Below are positions 27,896 through 32,000 of a stretch of DNA of 32,000 nucleotides, piece after piece. The notes below the pieces were generated by a model. It was given only the letters and a program-made list of their open reading frames with translations, searched no databases and was not told the origin of the DNA. Origin of the DNA: Nitrosospira multiformis ATCC 25196 (lineage in GTDB: Bacteria > Pseudomonadota > Gammaproteobacteria > Burkholderiales > Nitrosomonadaceae); NCBI RefSeq assembly GCF_000196355.1, contig NC_007614.1, forward strand, positions 2,970,001 to 3,002,000, read 5' to 3'. The position numbers were made by a program, and so were the translations under genes. Each line of letters begins with the position of its first letter. Positions within the stretch are counted from its first letter, which is position 1.

Positions 27896-28434
27896 GCAAG
27901 CTCCAGGATGGAAGGAAGGAATACTTCGGTAACCAGTATGGACTGGCCATGCAGCGTGAACAGGGAGCGACGCGCCCACAGATTCCCCGGCTGCACCCGC
28001 AACTTGCGGCAGGCGCGGCTGAAAAGCGGATGAGCCGCAGTCAGCTTCTTGAAGCGGAGCGGTGTACGCTTGACGACAGGATTGGTAAATAACACTGTCC
28101 CCAGCGACTTGTTGCCCAGTCCGATCAGGCTGCGCCATGCGCCGCGCAAATGTTTCCGCGCCACCACGGAATGGGCAAAGACAACCGGCGTCTCGCCGCA
28201 ATATAAATACACTTCCCGCACCAGGGCCAGTTCATCCCGCCGTAAATTCATTACGGCCAGTTCATCGTCGCAGACCGTTGCCAACGACTGGAACACTGGC
28301 TTGACACTGAACTCACTGCAGCAGCGGCGCTGAATAAGCTGGGTAAGAGAGCCGCGATTTTGCAACCAGCCCCGGGCGCGGGGCGATATGGAGGAAGGTG
28401 CAGGATGCCAGTCCGATAGCTGGGCAGCATTCAT
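27892..28434 (-). CDS. ubiC: Chorismate lyase UbiC
   Basis: GWLQNRGSLTQLIQRRC..., REVYLYCGETPVVFAHSVVARKHLRGAWRSLIGLGNKSLGTVLFT, LWARRSLFTLHGQSILVTEVFLP. Confidence 0.93.
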   Translation of the reverse strand: MNAAQLSDWHPAPSSISPRARGWLQNRGSLTQLIQRRCCSEFSVKPVFQSLATVCDDELAVMNLRRDELALVREVYLYCGETPVVFAHSVVARKHLRGAWRSLIGLGNKSLGTVLFTNPVVKRTPLRFKKLTAAHPLFSRACRKLRVQPGNLWARRSLFTLHGQSILVTEVFLPSILELA

Positions 28435-28648
28435 TCCGGAAGAGCTGAAAAGAGTGAATTATGCCCCATAATCCAGCCCGGCTGAATCCTTAGCCCGGAT
28501 ATTTCACCAAACCGGCCTGAGAATTGTAGAAAGCAGTATGAACACGGGTATTTGATCAACTCAGGCGGAATCCGGCTTATACCAGGGGTCTTAACAGCAC
28601 AGATGGATTTTGCGGCATCTTTGCACCCCTGGTTGATGCAATCCCGTT

Positions 28649-29752
28649 TCACTCGGGCGCAAATGCGCCAATAAGGGAACGTAGCGTGCCCATCAATGTC
28701 AGCGCCCATATCAGCAATGCGAACCAACCCCAATAGTACGAAATAACCGCCAGGGATTCATCCCCCGCCGCTTTCGCCAGGGCAAGCGTGCAGGCTGTAT
28801 ACATTCCCATCGGAAAGACTCTGCTCCATGCCGGAGGATCATAAATCTGATATTGCCGGCCCAATGCCAGCCGGGACCAGGGAAAAACTTTAACGCACAA
28901 CGGTACGGGGCCAGCGATCCCGACACGCGTGAATTTACGGATATCCATGATCACCTGATAGGGAATCCACAATGTGCCGACAACCCAGGCGAACAGGGTC
29001 ATCCATAATGCACACTCCCGTATACCGTTCCATGCCGGGAGGAGGGGCAAATGCGTGACAAAGTCTGCGCCTGCCAATGTAATGATCGCGGCGGCCCCCA
29101 TGCAGATCCAGTAAGGAGCGTCCCAGTCTGCGAGTTCGAATCTTCTGAAAAACAGGCAATGGGTTACCAGCGACACGATTACCAGGTACAGGATAAATCC
29201 GAAAGCCCAGAACGCACCCACTGCAAAGTAAACGTAACCGGGCGGTGTTGCTATTGCCTCGAGCAGATGAGTCGCAAGCAGAGCAACCGAAACCGTGCCC
29301 ACCGCAACCAGCAGCGTCGCACCGGTCACGATTTCGTGGATATGCTGCGAGCGTGCAGAGACAAGATTGACGGCAATGGAATAAATGCACATGAACCAGC
29401 CAATCAACGCCACCAGCCAAAGTGACGCTGCCAGCACAATGGCATGCTTGAAGACAAACAGCTGCATACCAACCGTATTGGTTCCCACCACGAACGTCAG
29501 AAACAGCCAGGCGCGCCGCAGCGTCAGGAAATCCGACTTCAGATCCGGCAGGAAAAATGCCATCCTCGCGACGAGGACGGCGCACAAGGTCAGATAGAAA
29601 ATCAAATTCAGCAGGAAGAGCGCCTTTGCTATGGCGGAAAAACCCATCGCTTCAAAGGCAAGAGATACGATGCCGGTTGCCATCACCATGGCGAAGTAGG
29701 CAGGATGAAAATTCCTTACGCCGTTAGTGATGATAGCCTGGTATCGGCTCAT
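28649..29752 (-). CDS. TDT/SLAC1-family (C4-dicarboxylate/tellurite-resistance-type) transporter
   Basis: VRNFHPAYFAMVMATGIVSLAFEAMGF start and ten-TM pattern, SRVFPMGMYTACTLAL. Confidence 0.85.
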   Translation of the reverse strand: MSRYQAIITNGVRNFHPAYFAMVMATGIVSLAFEAMGFSAIAKALFLLNLIFYLTLCAVLVARMAFFLPDLKSDFLTLRRAWLFLTFVVGTNTVGMQLFVFKHAIVLAASLWLVALIGWFMCIYSIAVNLVSARSQHIHEIVTGATLLVAVGTVSVALLATHLLEAIATPPGYVYFAVGAFWAFGFILYLVIVSLVTHCLFFRRFELADWDAPYWICMGAAAIITLAGADFVTHLPLLPAWNGIRECALWMTLFAWVVGTLWIPYQVIMDIRKFTRVGIAGPVPLCVKVFPWSRLALGRQYQIYDPPAWSRVFPMGMYTACTLALAKAAGDESLAVISYYWGWFALLIWALTLMGTLRSLIGAFAPE

Positions 29753-29781
29753 GATGGTGCCTGTTCATGAGGCAGAAGTGA

Positions 29782-30771
29782 TCAGGGTTTTCGTGAAAGC
29801 AGCAGCAATAGCATCGGTACGCCCAGCAAAGCGGTCAATACGCCCACAGGTAACTGTTGGGGGGCCCATAGCGTCCGCCCCAGGGTATCGGCCAGCGTGA
29901 GAAAGCTGCCCCCCAATAATACCGCCAGAGGCAATAACCAGCGAAAATTACTGACCCCCAGCAGGCGGACCGCATGCGGTACGATCAGGCCCACGAAGCC
30001 GATGACTCCCGCGAGCATCAACGCCGCCACGGTGGCAAGCGATGCGCAAAAATAAATTCCTATTTGCAACGGTAGCACGGCCACGCCTAAAGTTCTTGCC
30101 TTCATTTGACCCAGTGACAAAACGTTCAGGCTCCCGGAAAAAAGCAGGCTCACGGCGGATACGAGAATGAGCGTTACCCAGGCTGGCAATGGCTCTTCGG
30201 CACGCGAAACATCCCCCATCAACCAGAAGAGCATGCCTTTGACATCGCTCGCCGGCGCAAGGGTAAGAATCAGCGTTGTGAGCGCCCCGCAACCAGCGGA
30301 CAACACCACACCAGTCAGAAGCAGCCGGTAAAGATTCCAGTTGCCCGCGCGAAAACTCAGGCCGAATACAATGGCAACGATCGTCAAAGCTCCCGCTAGG
30401 GACGTCAGATTCGTCAGCAGAGTTCCCCACCCGAGGAGCATGGCAAGGAGTGCGCCTACGGCTGCGCCCCCCGAAACCCCCAGGATATATGGATCGGCGA
30501 GAGGATTGCGCAATAAAACCTGCAACAATGCCCCCGCCAGCGCCAGAAGACCGCCGCAGGCAAAGGCGGCCAGTACCCGTGGCAGGCGAAGTTGCCAGAT
30601 AATCTGATGAGAGATGCTGTCGGTTGAAGACAGCAGTGCTTGAACGACGCCGAAAACCGGAATATGGACGCTGCCGAACAGCAAACCGATGAAAAGGCTG
30701 CCCATGGCCAGCAGGCCGAAGAGAACCAGCAGCAGGGGATACGAATGTCTGAAGCCTGCGCCTGATGTCAT
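29782..30771 (-). CDS. FecCD-family iron/cobalamin ABC transporter permease
   Basis: LRLPRVLAAFACGGLLALAGALLQVLLRNPLADPYILGVSGGAAVGA; GVIGFVGLIVPHAVRLLGVSNFRWLLPLAVLLGGSFLTLADTLGR. Confidence 0.94.
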   Translation of the reverse strand: MTSGAGFRHSYPLLLVLFGLLAMGSLFIGLLFGSVHIPVFGVVQALLSSTDSISHQIIWQLRLPRVLAAFACGGLLALAGALLQVLLRNPLADPYILGVSGGAAVGALLAMLLGWGTLLTNLTSLAGALTIVAIVFGLSFRAGNWNLYRLLLTGVVLSAGCGALTTLILTLAPASDVKGMLFWLMGDVSRAEEPLPAWVTLILVSAVSLLFSGSLNVLSLGQMKARTLGVAVLPLQIGIYFCASLATVAALMLAGVIGFVGLIVPHAVRLLGVSNFRWLLPLAVLLGGSFLTLADTLGRTLWAPQQLPVGVLTALLGVPMLLLLLSRKP

Positions 30772-30934
30772 GCCAGTACGCAGATATTCAATGCTCGCGA
30801 CTGGGAGAAAGCAGCGGTGAATAGGAACAACTGCCGGTTTCCGTCGGGTCGTTTCAGCATTAGGCAGCAGGGACTGCTCTTTGCCGCCCTCTCGCCTGCC
30901 TTAAGCGCCCACCTCCCCGGTGCCCTCCTCTGCG

Positions 30935-31597
30935 CTATCGCAGGCTGATGATGGGCCACCCGTTTTTTTCCGCATGTGCCCTGAGTGTTGCGTCAGGATC
31001 CACTGCCACCGGGCGGGTCACTTTTTTAAGCAGCGGCAGATCATTTAAGGAATCACTGTAAAACCAGCTTTCCAGAAAAGATAACCAGGTCAGGTTATGA
31101 TGGTCCAGCCAGCTTTCCAGGCGCACGACCTTGCCGTCGCGGAAACAGGGAGGGCCGGAAACCCTGCCCGTGAATTCCCCATCCCTTTGCTCCGGTTCGG
31201 TAGCGATGAGATGATTTATGCCGAATGCCCTTGCAATCGGCCCTGTTACAAAACTGTTGGTTGCCGTAATGATGACGCACAAATCGCCCGCAAGCATGTG
31301 GCGATTGACGAGCTTGCGCGCCTGCAGCGTGATCAGGGGCAGAATCCTTTTTTCCATGAAATCCTTGTGCCAGGCATCCAGCTGGCTGCGAGAATGACGC
31401 GACAGGGGTTTCAACTGAAAATCCAGGAATTCCTGGATATCCAGAGTACCTGCCTTGTACTGCTCGTAGAATTCGATATTGCGGGCTTCATGGAGTTCGC
31501 GGTCGAGCACCCCCTGCTCGATGAGGTGCTGTCCCCACTGGAAGTCGCTATCGCCCGCAAGCAGGGTATTATCGAGGTCAAATAAAGCAAGATTCAT
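30935..31597 (-). CDS. HAD-IB family (SerB-like) hydrolase
   Basis: MNLALFDLDNTLLAGDSDFQWGQHL, VIITATNSFVTGPIARAFGI, YSDSLNDLPLLKKVTRPVAVDPDATLRAHAEKNGW. Confidence 0.93.
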   Translation of the reverse strand: MNLALFDLDNTLLAGDSDFQWGQHLIEQGVLDRELHEARNIEFYEQYKAGTLDIQEFLDFQLKPLSRHSRSQLDAWHKDFMEKRILPLITLQARKLVNRHMLAGDLCVIITATNSFVTGPIARAFGINHLIATEPEQRDGEFTGRVSGPPCFRDGKVVRLESWLDHHNLTWLSFLESWFYSDSLNDLPLLKKVTRPVAVDPDATLRAHAEKNGWPIISLR

Positions 31598-32000
31598 GAG
31601 GCGGCCTGCAATAGCTCGCGTACCAGCGGAACAGTTATTTTCCGGTGACTCGCCAGCGAATATTTATCCAGCGCGTTAAGCTTCGCCATCAGGGAAGTCA
31701 AATCGCGCCGCTCATGTCGCAGCAGGTAGTCACATACCTCCTGTGGCAAAGCAAGGCCGCGGCTGCTGGCGTGGCTTTTCATGGCTTCCATTTTTTCCTC
31801 ATCAGTCAATTCATGAACCTCGTACACCAGCCCCCATGCAAGGCGGGTAAGCAGATCTGCGCGCAGCTTCAGCTGCGTGGGAGCGACGGAACCGCTTACC
31901 AGCAGGAACGCTTGCCCTTCATCACGGATACGATTATAGAGATGAAACAGTCCGATCTGGGCATCGGCACCAAGGCGATCCACGTCGTCCACCATCACGC
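31594..32000 (-). CDS. hda: DnaA regulatory inactivator Hda (partial at right edge)
   Basis: VDDVDRLGADAQIGLFHLYNRIRDEGQAFLLVSGSVAPTQLKLRADLLTRLAWGLVYEVHELTDEEKMEAMKSHASSRGLALPQEVCDYLLRHERRDLTSLMAKLNALDKYSL; AAA+/DnaA-like C-terminal half. Confidence 0.85.
   Translation of the reverse strand, partial: VMVDDVDRLGADAQIGLFHLYNRIRDEGQAFLLVSGSVAPTQLKLRADLLTRLAWGLVYEVHELTDEEKMEAMKSHASSRGLALPQEVCDYLLRHERRDLTSLMAKLNALDKYSLASHRKITVPLVRELLQAAS

Noticed and set aside
28935-29585. 216 aa minus-strand ORF in a second frame of the TDT transporter
   Set aside because: Overlaps the transporter on the same strand in a different frame; the transporter frame shows clear membrane protein periodicity and motifs.
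30772-30934. Possible cobalamin riboswitch or other leader upstream of the FecCD permease
   Set aside because: I looked for the conserved GGTGAAA...CCCGCAACTG-type core on the minus strand and did not see it; only GC-rich potential hairpins. An Infernal scan would be decisive.
1-32000. CRISPR arrays, tRNA or rRNA genes, retrons or tandem repeats
   Set aside because: No regularly spaced repeats, recognisable tRNA cloverleaf or rRNA segments, or reverse transcriptase motifs were seen by reading; a tRNAscan/CRISPR search would confirm.

Overview
This 32 kb window looks like a betaproteobacterial chromosome (Nitrosospira/Nitrosomonadaceae-like by gene content; this is inference). From left to right: (1) a minus-strand hybrid type II secretion / type IV pilus-like cluster (GspG, GspF, GspE, PilM/N/O-like, PulC-like, TPR-lipoprotein start of a secretin-like protein); (2) a gene-poor decay zone at about 6.7-10.3 kb containing a frameshifted serine O-acetyltransferase pseudogene and two separate response-regulator receiver fragments; (3) a PEP-CTERM protein gene with a well-matched sigma-54 promoter; (4) a lexA-imuA-imuB-dnaE2 mutagenesis cassette whose sigma-70 promoter carries two GAAC-N4-GTTC-type operators; (5) a DUF2501-like gene and a small-membrane-protein / small soluble protein / YeiH-type transporter cluster; (6) a GFA-family gene and an orphan PEP-CTERM tail; (7) a defence locus on the minus strand: BglII-like endonuclease, MT-A70 methyltransferase, and an AIPR (abortive infection) family gene. 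An 843 bp IS5-family element is inserted near the 5' end of the AIPR gene. It leaves the rest of the reading frame open and supplies a replacement ATG that overlaps the transposase stop codon; (8) ubiD, ubiA, ubiC, a TDT-family transporter, a FecCD permease, a HAD phosphatase and a partial hda. The strongest candidates for follow-up are the IS-interrupted three-gene defence module and the Gram-positive-like LexA operators on the ImuB/DnaE2 cassette.
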